64,000 bases of DNA from Gemmatimonadota bacterium (lineage in GTDB: Bacteria > Gemmatimonadota > Gemmatimonadetes > Gemmatimonadales > GWC2-71-9): positions 1 through 64,000 of the forward strand of contig JBDHKN010000023.1 in NCBI GenBank assembly GCA_039586365.1, written 5' to 3'. Under the pieces are notes generated by a model. That model saw only the letters and a program-made list of their open reading frames with translations, was not told the DNA's origin and did no database searches. The translations under genes were made by a program, and so were the position numbers. Of this stretch, positions 48,741 through 56,982 are shown piece after piece. Numbering within the stretch: the first letter of the stretch is position 1; every line of letters begins with the position of its first letter.

Positions 48741-49046
48741 ATGACCGAATACTCTGGGTCGACCCGCCAGCACGCTCATCCGACGACAGGCACCTACCTG
48801 GCGGTTGCGGCTGTTCTCACCGTCATCACGCTTGTCGAGGTGGGGATATTCTATGTCCCAGCTTTCAAGGCGATTCTAGCTCCGGTCTTGATCACATTGT
48901 CGGCAGCCAAGTTCGCGCTGGTGGTGATGTTCTACATGCACCTGAGGCATGACCACCCGCTCTTCAGGGGGGTTTTCGTACTCCCGCTCGCGATTGCATT
49001 GGCAGTGGTGGTAGCGTTGTTGTTCTTATTTGGTGTGTTTGCCTGA
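48741..49046 (+). CDS. Cytochrome c oxidase subunit IV (caa3 type)
   Basis: LTVITLVEV..KFALVVMFYMHL. Confidence 0.9.
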   Translation: MTEYSGSTRQHAHPTTGTYLAVAAVLTVITLVEVGIFYVPAFKAILAPVLITLSAAKFALVVMFYMHLRHDHPLFRGVFVLPLAIALAVVVALLFLFGVFA

Positions 49047-49065
49047 CCGCACCCGTGGCGGTGGC

Positions 49066-49342
49066 CGCTTCGCCCTGCCACCCTTCACCCTTCGCTCCGG
49101 CTGTACCACACGGCCCACTGTCGTGCCCCAGTCGGTAACCGCTCCACCCACTGCTCTTCCCGGAAGGTAGCCCTACCACACCCGGCTCACAGCCAGACGA
49201 TGGGACACGGTGGGGATGCCCATAGCGTCATCGTCCCTTACCGTCCGGTGGGGTGGTGTGACCGGCGGTGCTACTGTCCCTTACCGCCTGGTGAGGCGAG
49301 TGGGTAGAGGGTTGCTACCGTCTGGTGTTGGGTGGCGAAGCT
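49066..49342 (-). other. Highly self-complementary intergenic element (candidate structured RNA or MITE-like)
   Basis: Nested complementary segments: cttcgcc/ggcgaag, ctctacccact/agtgggtggag, ggcggt/accgcc, gacgatg/catcgtc. Confidence 0.45.
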
Positions 49343-49343
49343 G

Positions 49344-50927
49344 TTACGTACCGGCGGCTATCCTGATGTACACTAGACGGGACTGCTCGCCATCTGACGC
49401 CGGGACCGTCACTCGGAGGGGTACGACCTGTCCCGGACGCACTCCACGTAGTGCTTGAGACAAGTCGTCTCTGGTGCGAACGCGCTGGTCGTTGACCTCT
49501 GTGATAATCTCGAAGAATCCCCGCTCAGGGATGCTAGCGTTCAACTTGTCGCGGGCCGGTCCATCTCGGTCGACGTCGACCACTGCGAGTCCGGTCACTC
49601 CGGAGCCAAACCCGTACCTGGCCGCGGCGTCGCGACCGAAGGGCTCCAGAGCCACTCCCAGCCGAGGCTCGAGCTTTCCGGCCTCCTCAATATCCTCCGG
49701 CCGGGCGCGCGCTACGGTCTGTTCGGCTTCGGTATCGGCTTCGCGCAGTCTCACCGCGTACGTGTGACGTTCACCGCCCTTGCGCAGGATGGTGACGTCT
49801 ACGGTTTCGCCCGGACGCTTGAAGCCCACTAGCTGCTGCAATTGAGCGGTGTACAGGACTTTCTCACCGTCTACCTCTACGATAACGTCGCCTGGTTTGA
49901 GACCGGCTCTTGCCGCAGGGCTGTTGTCGTTAGAGAAGCCTTGGACCTGGACTCCCCGGATCTCAGCGAGCCCCACATACTCAGCGACTTCCGGATCGAC
50001 ATCGCTTATCGAAACGCCGAGTTGAGCTCGAGTGACCTTGCCGGAGGAAATCAGTTGGTCCGCAACGTTGCGGACCAAGTTGATGGGGATGGCAAATCCG
50101 TAGCCGGCGTAGACCCCGGTCTCGCTGGCTATTGCCGAGTTAACACCGATGACCTCGCCTGCGATGTTAACCAGCGGGCCACCCGAATTCCCACGATTTA
50201 TGGCGGCATCCGTCTGGATGAAGTCGTGGATCGACCACTCTGCTCCCTGTTGCGGCCGCAGCCCCCCGAGACGACGGCCTCGGCCGCTCACTATCCCCGC
50301 CGTGACAGTAAAGGAGAATTCCTGCCCCAGTGGGTTCCCCACGGCCATGACCCATTCGCCCACGCGGACCGCGTCCGAATTGCCCATCGCTACCGCAGGC
50401 ACGTCGTCCGCATCGACCTTGATGACAGCTACGTCAGTGAGGGGATCGTAGCCCACCACGCGGGCCTCGAACTGACGCTGATCGAACAATGTGACGTCAA
50501 CTCTGTCGGCACCCTGAACCACATGGCTATTCGTGATGATGTAGCCGTCGTTCGATATGACGAACCCGCTGCCCGATCCCTGGCGGACCCGAGGACCCTC
50601 TTCAGGCATCTGGAAGAACCGCTCCATGCCCGGGGGGATACGCATGTCAGAGCGGGCGTTCTCCTGGCGCTCTTCCACTCTGATGAATACGACGGCGGAG
50701 CGCACCGCTTCGGCAACGGCCGTGAAGGCATTACCCAAATCGGCTAGCGGCTGCGCCTCCGGAACCACGGGTTTCTGGGGTAGCGGCAGACTCGCTAGAC
50801 TCACGCCGGGAACCGGCTGCGCCTGTGAATCCTTTGGTAGATCAAGGATGGAGGTGAAGCCGACAGCCAATACAGCGGCTGTGCCAATTAACAATCCGAA
50901 CTTGATCCAATCTCTGGTACGCCTCAT
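49344..50927 (-). CDS. HtrA/DegP-like serine protease with two PDZ domains
   Basis: GSGSGFVI..TNSHVV, TDVAVIK, IQTDAAINRGNSGGPL. Confidence 0.95.
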   Translation of the reverse strand: MRRTRDWIKFGLLIGTAAVLAVGFTSILDLPKDSQAQPVPGVSLASLPLPQKPVVPEAQPLADLGNAFTAVAEAVRSAVVFIRVEERQENARSDMRIPPGMERFFQMPEEGPRVRQGSGSGFVISNDGYIITNSHVVQGADRVDVTLFDQRQFEARVVGYDPLTDVAVIKVDADDVPAVAMGNSDAVRVGEWVMAVGNPLGQEFSFTVTAGIVSGRGRRLGGLRPQQGAEWSIHDFIQTDAAINRGNSGGPLVNIAGEVIGVNSAIASETGVYAGYGFAIPINLVRNVADQLISSGKVTRAQLGVSISDVDPEVAEYVGLAEIRGVQVQGFSNDNSPAARAGLKPGDVIVEVDGEKVLYTAQLQQLVGFKRPGETVDVTILRKGGERHTYAVRLREADTEAEQTVARARPEDIEEAGKLEPRLGVALEPFGRDAAARYGFGSGVTGLAVVDVDRDGPARDKLNASIPERGFFEIITEVNDQRVRTRDDLSQALRGVRPGQVVPLRVTVPASDGEQSRLVYIRIAAGT

Positions 50928-50994
50928 GGTCAACAACTCGCTCAACAAGGTTAAGAATCCGAAGCCTTCGATACTGCCTATCTAGTCTCTAACC

Positions 50995-51034
50995 CCGAAC
51001 AGGGAGGTGAGTTTCGTTATTCTTCCCTGTTCGG
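50995..51034 (-). terminator. Stem-loop after dnaK
   Basis: CCGAACAGGGA...TCCCTGTTCGG 11-bp stem. Confidence 0.55.
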
Positions 51035-51054
51035 TCTTTCTCGTGAGTCAATAA

Positions 51055-52965
51055 TTACGACTTGGAGTCGTCTACGATCTCGTAGTCGGCCTCCACGACT
51101 TCCTCCTCCTTCGACTCGGTTGCACCTTCCGGGGCAGCCTCGTCCCGCTCAGCCGATTGGGCCTGCGCCTCCTGATATAGCGAAGCTCCAGCTGCCGAGT
51201 AGGCTTGGCTCAGTTCTTCGAGCGCCTGCTTGATTTCCTCAGAGGCTCCCGAACGCAAGGACTTCTTGGCTGATTCAACTGCGTCCTCCAGTCGCTTCTT
51301 GTGGGTGTCGTCTAGACGATCTGCCCACTCCTTACTGTTCTTCTCCACTTCGTAGACGAGGGAGTCCAAGCGGTTCCGTTGCTCGACCTGTTCCCGCCTC
51401 CCCTTGTCCTCTGTGGCATGGTGCTCCGCATCCTTCACCATCCGGTCGATTTCAGAGTCGGAGAGACCGCTGGATGCTTCGATCCGGATCTTCTGCTCCT
51501 TACCCGTAGCTTTGTCCTTGGCGGACACGTGAAGGATACCGTTCGCGTCAATGTCGAATGTCACTTCGATCTGTGGCATTCCGCGCGGCGCCGGTGGGAT
51601 ACCAGTGAGCTGAAACCTTCCGATCGTACGGTTGTCGATCGCCATCTCTCGTTCGCCTTGCAATACGTGGATCTCAACCGTCGTCTGGTTGTCTTCCGCG
51701 GTGGAGAAGACTTCGGCTTTCTTGGTCGGTATGGTGGTGTTGCGCTGAATGAGTACTGTGGTCACACCTCCCAATGTCTCAATGCCGAGCGACAGGGGGG
51801 TCACATCCAGCAACAGCACGTCCTTCACCTCCCCGGCCAACACTCCGCCCTGAATTGCCGCACCGATGCCGACGACCTCATCGGGGTTAACACTCCTGTT
51901 GGGTTCCTTCCCAAAGAACTCCTTCACGACATCTTGAACCTTCGGGATCCGTGTCGAACCACCGACCAGGATCACCTCATCGACGTCCGACGGTTTCAGA
52001 TTGGCGTCGGCAAGGGCCTTCTCCATCGGTGGCACCACCCGTTGGATCAGGTCGTCGACCAACTGCTCGAATTTGGCCCGGGTCAAGGTGCAGTTCAGGT
52101 GCTTGGGACCGGACTGATCCGCAGTAATAAACGGCAGATTGATCTCGGTCTGCGCCACCGTGGAGAGCTCCATCTTGGCCTTCTCAGCCGCCTCCTTGAG
52201 GCGCTGCACCGCCATGGCATCCCTCGAGAGGTCGATGCCTTGATCCCTCTTGAACTCGGCTTCGAGCCATTCTATGACGCGCTGATCGAAGTCGTCACCA
52301 CCCAGGTGCGTATCACCGTTGGTAGACTTGACTTCGAACACACCCTCGGCCAACTCCAGGATCGAGATGTCGTAGGTTCCCCCGCCTAGGTCGAAGACGG
52401 CGACCTTCTCTTCCTCCTTCCGATCCAACCCGTACGCCAGAGACGCAGCGGTGGGCTCATTGATGATGCGGAGGACTTCGAGTCCGGCGATCTTGCCCGC
52501 GTCCTTAGTCGCCTGTCGCTGGGCATCGTTGAAGTAAGCCGGGACTGTGACTACTGCCTTTTGAACCGAGTGTCCTAAGTAGTCCTCGGCCGTCTGGCGC
52601 ATCTTCTGAAGCACCATGGCCGATATCTCAGGCGGGGTGTACTTCTTTCCCTGAATCTCCACGGACGCGAGGTTGTTCTGGCCCTTAACCACCTTGTACG
52701 GCACCAACTCGATCTCGTGACTCACCTCTTCCATCCGGCGGCCCATGAACCGCTTGATAGAGAACACCGTGTTCACCGGGTTGGTGACCGCTTGCCGCTT
52801 CGCGACCTGACCAACAAGGCGGTCTCCGTCCTTGGTGAACGCGACAACCGACGGCGTCGTACGTCCGCCTTCAGAATTGGGGATAACGACCGGATCGCCA
52901 CCCTCCATGACAGCAACCACCGAGTTAGTGGTGCCCAAGTCGATCCCGATTACTTTCTCCGCCAT
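51055..52965 (-). CDS. dnaK: Chaperone DnaK
   Basis: [51 protein letters not shown]. Confidence 0.98.
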   Translation of the reverse strand: MAEKVIGIDLGTTNSVVAVMEGGDPVVIPNSEGGRTTPSVVAFTKDGDRLVGQVAKRQAVTNPVNTVFSIKRFMGRRMEEVSHEIELVPYKVVKGQNNLASVEIQGKKYTPPEISAMVLQKMRQTAEDYLGHSVQKAVVTVPAYFNDAQRQATKDAGKIAGLEVLRIINEPTAASLAYGLDRKEEEKVAVFDLGGGTYDISILELAEGVFEVKSTNGDTHLGGDDFDQRVIEWLEAEFKRDQGIDLSRDAMAVQRLKEAAEKAKMELSTVAQTEINLPFITADQSGPKHLNCTLTRAKFEQLVDDLIQRVVPPMEKALADANLKPSDVDEVILVGGSTRIPKVQDVVKEFFGKEPNRSVNPDEVVGIGAAIQGGVLAGEVKDVLLLDVTPLSLGIETLGGVTTVLIQRNTTIPTKKAEVFSTAEDNQTTVEIHVLQGEREMAIDNRTIGRFQLTGIPPAPRGMPQIEVTFDIDANGILHVSAKDKATGKEQKIRIEASSGLSDSEIDRMVKDAEHHATEDKGRREQVEQRNRLDSLVYEVEKNSKEWADRLDDTHKKRLEDAVESAKKSLRSGASEEIKQALEELSQAYSAAGASLYQEAQAQSAERDEAAPEGATESKEEEVVEADYEIVDDSKS

Positions 52966-53020
52966 TCTCAACTCCTCTGCAATGAACCTAGATGCACGCG
53001 TTTCCCGTAGGGTCGCGAAG

Positions 53021-53036
53021 AGCAAGGGCCATACCA
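53021..53036 (-). promoter_or_regulatory. Sigma-54 (-24/-12) promoter upstream of dnaK
   Basis: Minus strand TGGTATGGCCCTTGCT = GG-N10-GC. Confidence 0.7.
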
Positions 53037-53039
53037 CGG

Positions 53040-53062
53040 ATGTCTGCCAACTTGGCAGACAT
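53040..53062. promoter_or_regulatory. Perfect palindrome, candidate regulator site
   Basis: ATGTCTGCCAA-C-TTGGCAGACAT. Confidence 0.6.
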
Positions 53063-53103
53063 ACTGGGTGTCGTCTTTCGGGCCCTGTCGCGTATTTCGC
53101 TAA

Positions 53104-53133
53104 TTGACTTGGACTTAGCTCACCCATTAGGTT
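53104..53133 (+). promoter_or_regulatory. Sigma-70-type promoter, probably a leaderless or near-leaderless rhomboid transcript
   Basis: TTGACT-N18-TAGGTT, ATG 8 nt downstream, no SD. Confidence 0.45.
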
Positions 53134-53141
53134 AGCGACGC

Positions 53142-53921
53142 ATGTTCCCCTACAAGGATGAAAACCCTACCATTCTGACGCCCTACGTCACGCTATGCAT
53201 CATTGGGGTGACGAGCCTGGTGTGGCTGGTCTATCAGGGTGCGGGCGTGGAGCCGGCGCTCTCGAACTCGGTTTGCGATCTGGGTGCCATCCCAGGTCGG
53301 TTGTTCGGCATTCCGGCCCAGCCAATCTCCACGCCCCGCGGACTGGTGAACCTCTGTCCCGATTCTCCAGGCGCCGCCTGGTACACGGTCGTGACCTCTG
53401 TTTTTCTCCACGGTGGTTGGTTTCATCTGATCGGGAACATGTGGTTTCTGTGGGTCTTCGGGAATAACATCGAAGACTCGATGGGGCACGCTCGGTTTGT
53501 CGGTTTCTATTTGCTCTGTGGGATTCTGGCAGCGCTGGCTCAGATTCTCGTCCAGCGCGACTCACCGGTCCCCATGGTGGGAGCTTCAGGCGCCATTAGC
53601 GGAGTGATGGGTGCCTATCTCATACTCTATCCGCGAGTCAGGGTCCACATGTTGGTCTTCCTTTTCTTCTTCGTCACGACCATCACGGTCCCGGCGTACC
53701 TAATGCTGCTATACTGGGCCTTGCTTCAGGCACTGGGAGGGATGCCAGCTATCGCCGGGGTTGCTCAAGGAGGCGGTGTCGCCTACTTGGCGCACTTGGG
53801 AGGATTTGTGGTGGGGGCTGTGCTCATCAAGCTCTTTGCTCGACCCGAACTACTGGCCGCACACCGTGCCCGCACGACTGTGCAGGTTCACACCCGCCGT
53901 TATCCACCTTGGGCCCACTGA
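53142..53921 (+). CDS. Rhomboid family intramembrane serine protease
   Basis: [42 protein letters not shown]. Confidence 0.93.
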   Translation: MFPYKDENPTILTPYVTLCIIGVTSLVWLVYQGAGVEPALSNSVCDLGAIPGRLFGIPAQPISTPRGLVNLCPDSPGAAWYTVVTSVFLHGGWFHLIGNMWFLWVFGNNIEDSMGHARFVGFYLLCGILAALAQILVQRDSPVPMVGASGAISGVMGAYLILYPRVRVHMLVFLFFFVTTITVPAYLMLLYWALLQALGGMPAIAGVAQGGGVAYLAHLGGFVVGAVLIKLFARPELLAAHRARTTVQVHTRRYPPWAH

Positions 53922-53923
53922 CT

Positions 53924-54223
53924 ATGTATCTGGCGAGGATTGTCGGGCGAGTGGTTGCCACGGTTAAGCAAGAGTGCTTACAGGGACATACGTTGCAGTG
54001 GATCCAACCTGTCGACGCGCGGGGCGCAGATCGAGGCAAGGCAATCGTGGCTGTCGATCCGGTAGGATTGGGCCCCGGAGAATTCTGCTACTACATCACG
54101 GCCCGAGAGGCGTCACTCACGCTGTGGGACACCTTTGCCGCGGTGGATGCGGGAATAGTGGGGAAAGTCGACAGGATTGACCTCGGGGAGCAGGGAACGG
54201 GGAGCGGAGAGCAGGAGAGGTGA
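53924..54223 (+). CDS. EutN/CcmL family microcompartment vertex protein (BMC-P)
   Basis: MYLARIVGRVVATVK..L.G..L..VAVDPVGLGPGE..VDAGIVGKVD. Confidence 0.9.
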   Translation: MYLARIVGRVVATVKQECLQGHTLQWIQPVDARGADRGKAIVAVDPVGLGPGEFCYYITAREASLTLWDTFAAVDAGIVGKVDRIDLGEQGTGSGEQER

Positions 54224-54339
54224 GGCGGGAAAGGGGAAGTGTGATCGATCGCACGATCAAGGACGCTGGAATACGGTGGGGGCGCGGCCCTGGTGCCGGG
54301 CCACACGGTGGCTTGGCGCGGACAGGGGGCAAGTAGAGC

Positions 54340-54627
54340 GTGTATATCGCTCGCGTCGTGGGAGATGTCGTTTCCACCCACAAGAACGACCGGCTGGAAG
54401 GCAAGAAGCTGTTGCTTGTAAAACGGCTGGATCTTGGAGGCGCACCGGACGGGTCGGTCGAAGTGATTGCTCTGGACGTAGTGGATGCAGGTGTCGGGGA
54501 CACGGTGTTGGTGGTGCAAGAAGGAAGCTCGGCTCGCAAGATTTTTGATGATCCCAAGATCCCGGTGCAGGCCGTGATAGTAGGCATCGTTGAGAGTGTA
54601 ACTCTAAAGGGCGGTAAAGGGCGGTAA
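54340..54627 (+). CDS. EutN/CcmL family microcompartment vertex protein (BMC-P)
   Basis: MYIARVVGDVVSTHK..LEGKKLLLV..IALDVVDAGVGDTVLV..EGSSAR..PVQAVIVGIVE. Confidence 0.94.
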   Translation: MYIARVVGDVVSTHKNDRLEGKKLLLVKRLDLGGAPDGSVEVIALDVVDAGVGDTVLVVQEGSSARKIFDDPKIPVQAVIVGIVESVTLKGGKGR

Positions 54628-54664
54628 AGGGCGGTAAAGGGCGGTAAAGGGCGGCAAAGGGCGG
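54605..54664 (+). repeat. 10-mer tandem repeat (TAAAGGGCGG)x6
   Basis: Five exact copies plus CAAAGGGCGG; overlaps the BMC-P stop codon. Confidence 0.95.
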
Positions 54665-54734
54665 GAGAGGCAAGCCGGCAGAGGTTCGGCGCTGGCAGTT
54701 CCAGCAAGCACTTGTCAAGCATGCAAGAGAGCCG

Positions 54735-55685
54735 ATGAACAAACAAGAGTTGGAGCAGATCGCGGAGTTGGTGGCTCAGAAGTTGGGAGTTCGAGTACCG
54801 CCGGTGAGCAGGGAGCGGGGAGCAGGGCTGTCAAGTGTAGGCTCCGTGGTCCACAAGGAGTCTGAAACCAACAACGCAGCTCCTATTGCTCCCACTACCG
54901 ACGTACTAGCGACGGCTCCCGGTCCCCGGCTCCCGGCTCCCACGCACCGTCGAGTCGCCGACTACGTTGACCACACCATTCTCAAAGCCGAAGCCACTCG
55001 GGCCGAGATTGAGCAGCTCTGTGACGAGGCGGCGCAATATCGGTTTGCAGCGGTGTGTGTGAACGGTGGCTGGGTGGAGCTTTGCGCTCGGAGACTGCAG
55101 GAAACCGCTGTGCAGGTGGCCACTGTCGTGGGATTTCCATTGGGAGCAACCACTTCGCACTCCAAGGCGGCCGAGGCGCGAGAGTTGGTGGAACTCGGGG
55201 CTTGTGAACTCGACATGGTAGCGCCCGTCGGGCATATCCTCGACGAGGGTTGGGACTATGTTGAGGACGACATTGGGGCGGTGGTCGCGGCAGCAATGGG
55301 GCGGACAGTTAAGGTGATTCTCGAGACCGCCGCACTTGAGCCGATGCAGATAGTCAAAGCCTCGGCAATCGCCATGGAGGCGGGTGCCCATTTTGTGAAG
55401 ACATCCACCGGCTTTCACCCCAGTGGTGGAGCTACGGCTGAAGCAGTTGCGCTGATGCGCTTGGCAGTCGGTGACAAGCTGGGTGTCAAAGCGTCCGGTG
55501 GGGTCCGCGACTGCACCACTGCGTTGCGGATGATCGCGGCCGGAGCCACACGCATCGGGACTTCTAGTGGTGTCAAGTTGGTCGAGTGTATTGGAGCCGG
55601 ACCGGCACCGTTGGCTCACCTGCTGGCCGATCCGGACGGGCACGAGCAGGTATGCCGTCTGGGGACTTGTTCAGTGGATTACTAA
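54735..55685 (+). CDS. deoC: Deoxyribose-phosphate aldolase with N-terminal encapsulation-peptide-like helix and linker
   Basis: VDHTILK, VVGFPLGA, ELDMV, KVILET, FVKTSTGF, GVKASGGVR, GATRIGTS; N-terminus MNKQELEQIAELVAQKL. Confidence 0.95.
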   Translation: MNKQELEQIAELVAQKLGVRVPPVSRERGAGLSSVGSVVHKESETNNAAPIAPTTDVLATAPGPRLPAPTHRRVADYVDHTILKAEATRAEIEQLCDEAAQYRFAAVCVNGGWVELCARRLQETAVQVATVVGFPLGATTSHSKAAEARELVELGACELDMVAPVGHILDEGWDYVEDDIGAVVAAAMGRTVKVILETAALEPMQIVKASAIAMEAGAHFVKTSTGFHPSGGATAEAVALMRLAVGDKLGVKASGGVRDCTTALRMIAAGATRIGTSSGVKLVECIGAGPAPLAHLLADPDGHEQVCRLGTCSVDY

Positions 55686-55817
55686 AGCGAGCGTCCCAGC
55701 GGTTCGTGGCGGACTGCTCGGTCGCATGCCAGCTGTGTGGACGCGGCCACTCAGCCAGGAGACTCCTTAGTCTAGCCCGGATCGCGACGAGCGGTCACGG
55801 TCGCCCAGGCAGGGTCG

Positions 55818-56180
55818 GAAGTTGAACTCAACGCTGAACCTCAAGAGCCCCTACTCCGCAGTTTCGAAGCTGTCCCGGCTCGACGTCGTAGTGCACAAGC
55901 GGTTTGGAGTGACCCTCGAGGTGATATGTGGCACCAGCTATGAGCCGCTTGCTTTCTGCGCCATCACCGTTGGGTTTTCGTCGAAGAAATCGTAGCGAGC
56001 AATCAGGCTCAGGTGCGGATGCTCGAGCCGCAACTCGCTGAACAAAGAGAAGTCGTCTTGTGGGAGCGCGTCACCATCGCTGTCCACGACGGTACGCTTG
56101 AAGTTGCCCTTGACCCAGCAGCCATGTCCGGTGAGCACCAGGTGTTCGCTCTCCCACGAGGTAAAAAGCAGGTTCACCGT
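55818..56180 (-). pseudogene. Decayed C-terminal part of an outer-membrane beta-barrel/porin gene
   Basis: ..LIARYDFFDENP / ..KRLIAGATYHL..HYDV / ..*GLLRFSVEFNF across three frames with an in-frame stop. Confidence 0.5.
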
Positions 56181-56246
56181 CCAGTCCGGTGTGTCGATCT
56201 GATTGGAAAACGACGAATGTCCCGAGCATTAGGCGCGTCGAGAATC

Positions 56247-56530
56247 TCACCGGCCAACTTCTCGCTGAGCCTCGGCCCGGAATCGATACCCGAAGCCGCG
56301 GACCGTCTCAAGCAAGTCGGCTGCCTTTCCCAACTTGTTGCGGAGGCGCTGAACGTGCATGTCCACGGTTCGTGTCTGGATATCGGGAGCGCGTCCCACA
56401 CTTGCTCGGGCAGCTGTGATCGCGATTGGACTCGCCCCCGGCGTTCGGCAAGGATAACCAGCAGCTTGTATTCGGTGGCCGTGAGGTCGAGATCTTCTCC
56501 GTCCACCGAAACTCGATGCGTGCCACGAGG
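56247..56530 (-). pseudogene. phoB: Frameshifted C-terminal winged-helix remnant of a PhoB/OmpR response regulator
   Basis: HRVSVDGEDLDLTATEYKLL..RGRVQSR..VWDA, frameshift near 56390, then DIQTRTVDMHVQRLRNKLG..ETVRGFGYRF; no receiver domain. Confidence 0.8.
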
Positions 56531-56573
56531 CCAGCGCATCGCCGGGAGCGTCGCTGGCTGCTTTCGCGCGCAG

Positions 56574-56591
56574 CCGTTACGAAACTGTTAC
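56574..56591 (+). promoter_or_regulatory. Pho-box-like direct repeat
   Basis: CCGTTAC-GAAA-CTGTTAC, 7-4-7 layout with 11-bp period. Confidence 0.5.
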
Positions 56592-56731
56592 AGGAACAAG
56601 GCCTGTTCTCGATAGGTGCCGGCTAGATACCGGTGCGCGCTTGGGTCGGCTGAAGCAAACCGCCAACGTTGGGATGGTTCCTGTGATGCCCCGATCGACT
56701 GACGAACTGGACTCTGGGGAGGCTAACACGA

Positions 56732-56959
56732 ATGCATGACGGACAAGTCGACGATCAGCTGTTGCTGCCGGGGAGATTGGTGCTGAGCGATGATGGCCGG
56801 CTAGGGCGCATCAGACGCCTGATTGTCGAGGATTCTGCCGGGCCCTTTCCTGCACGACTGGAGGTCGAGGGACTCGATGGCACTAGGTGCATTCTCTCCC
56901 CAAACGAGCTACGATTCGTCTATCGTTGTGAAGGCGAGTTGCCGCAGACTGCTGCCTGA
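56732..56959 (+). CDS. Small hypothetical protein
   Basis: GGGAGG RBS; 75 aa; beta-rich, SH3-like pattern. Confidence 0.5.
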   Translation: MHDGQVDDQLLLPGRLVLSDDGRLGRIRRLIVEDSAGPFPARLEVEGLDGTRCILSPNELRFVYRCEGELPQTAA

Positions 56960-56982
56960 CTGACCATCCACTCGAGGTTCCG

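Noticed and set aside
49150..49175. CCCGGAAGG as the SRP RNA domain IV loop
   Set aside because: Flanking CAGG and AGCA internal-loop residues are missing.
51379..52389. 336-aa plus-strand ORF
   Set aside because: Antisense shadow of dnaK, a common artefact.
53110..53140. Possible CIRCE element near dnaK
   Set aside because: Does not match TTAGCACTC-N9-GAGTGCTAA.
54239..54254. GTGTGATCGATCGCAC as a CRP-type site
   Set aside because: Second half-site is poor and no promoter support is visible; may be chance.
54605..54664. Possible CRISPR-like array
   Set aside because: Head-to-tail 10-mers with no spacers; no cas genes.
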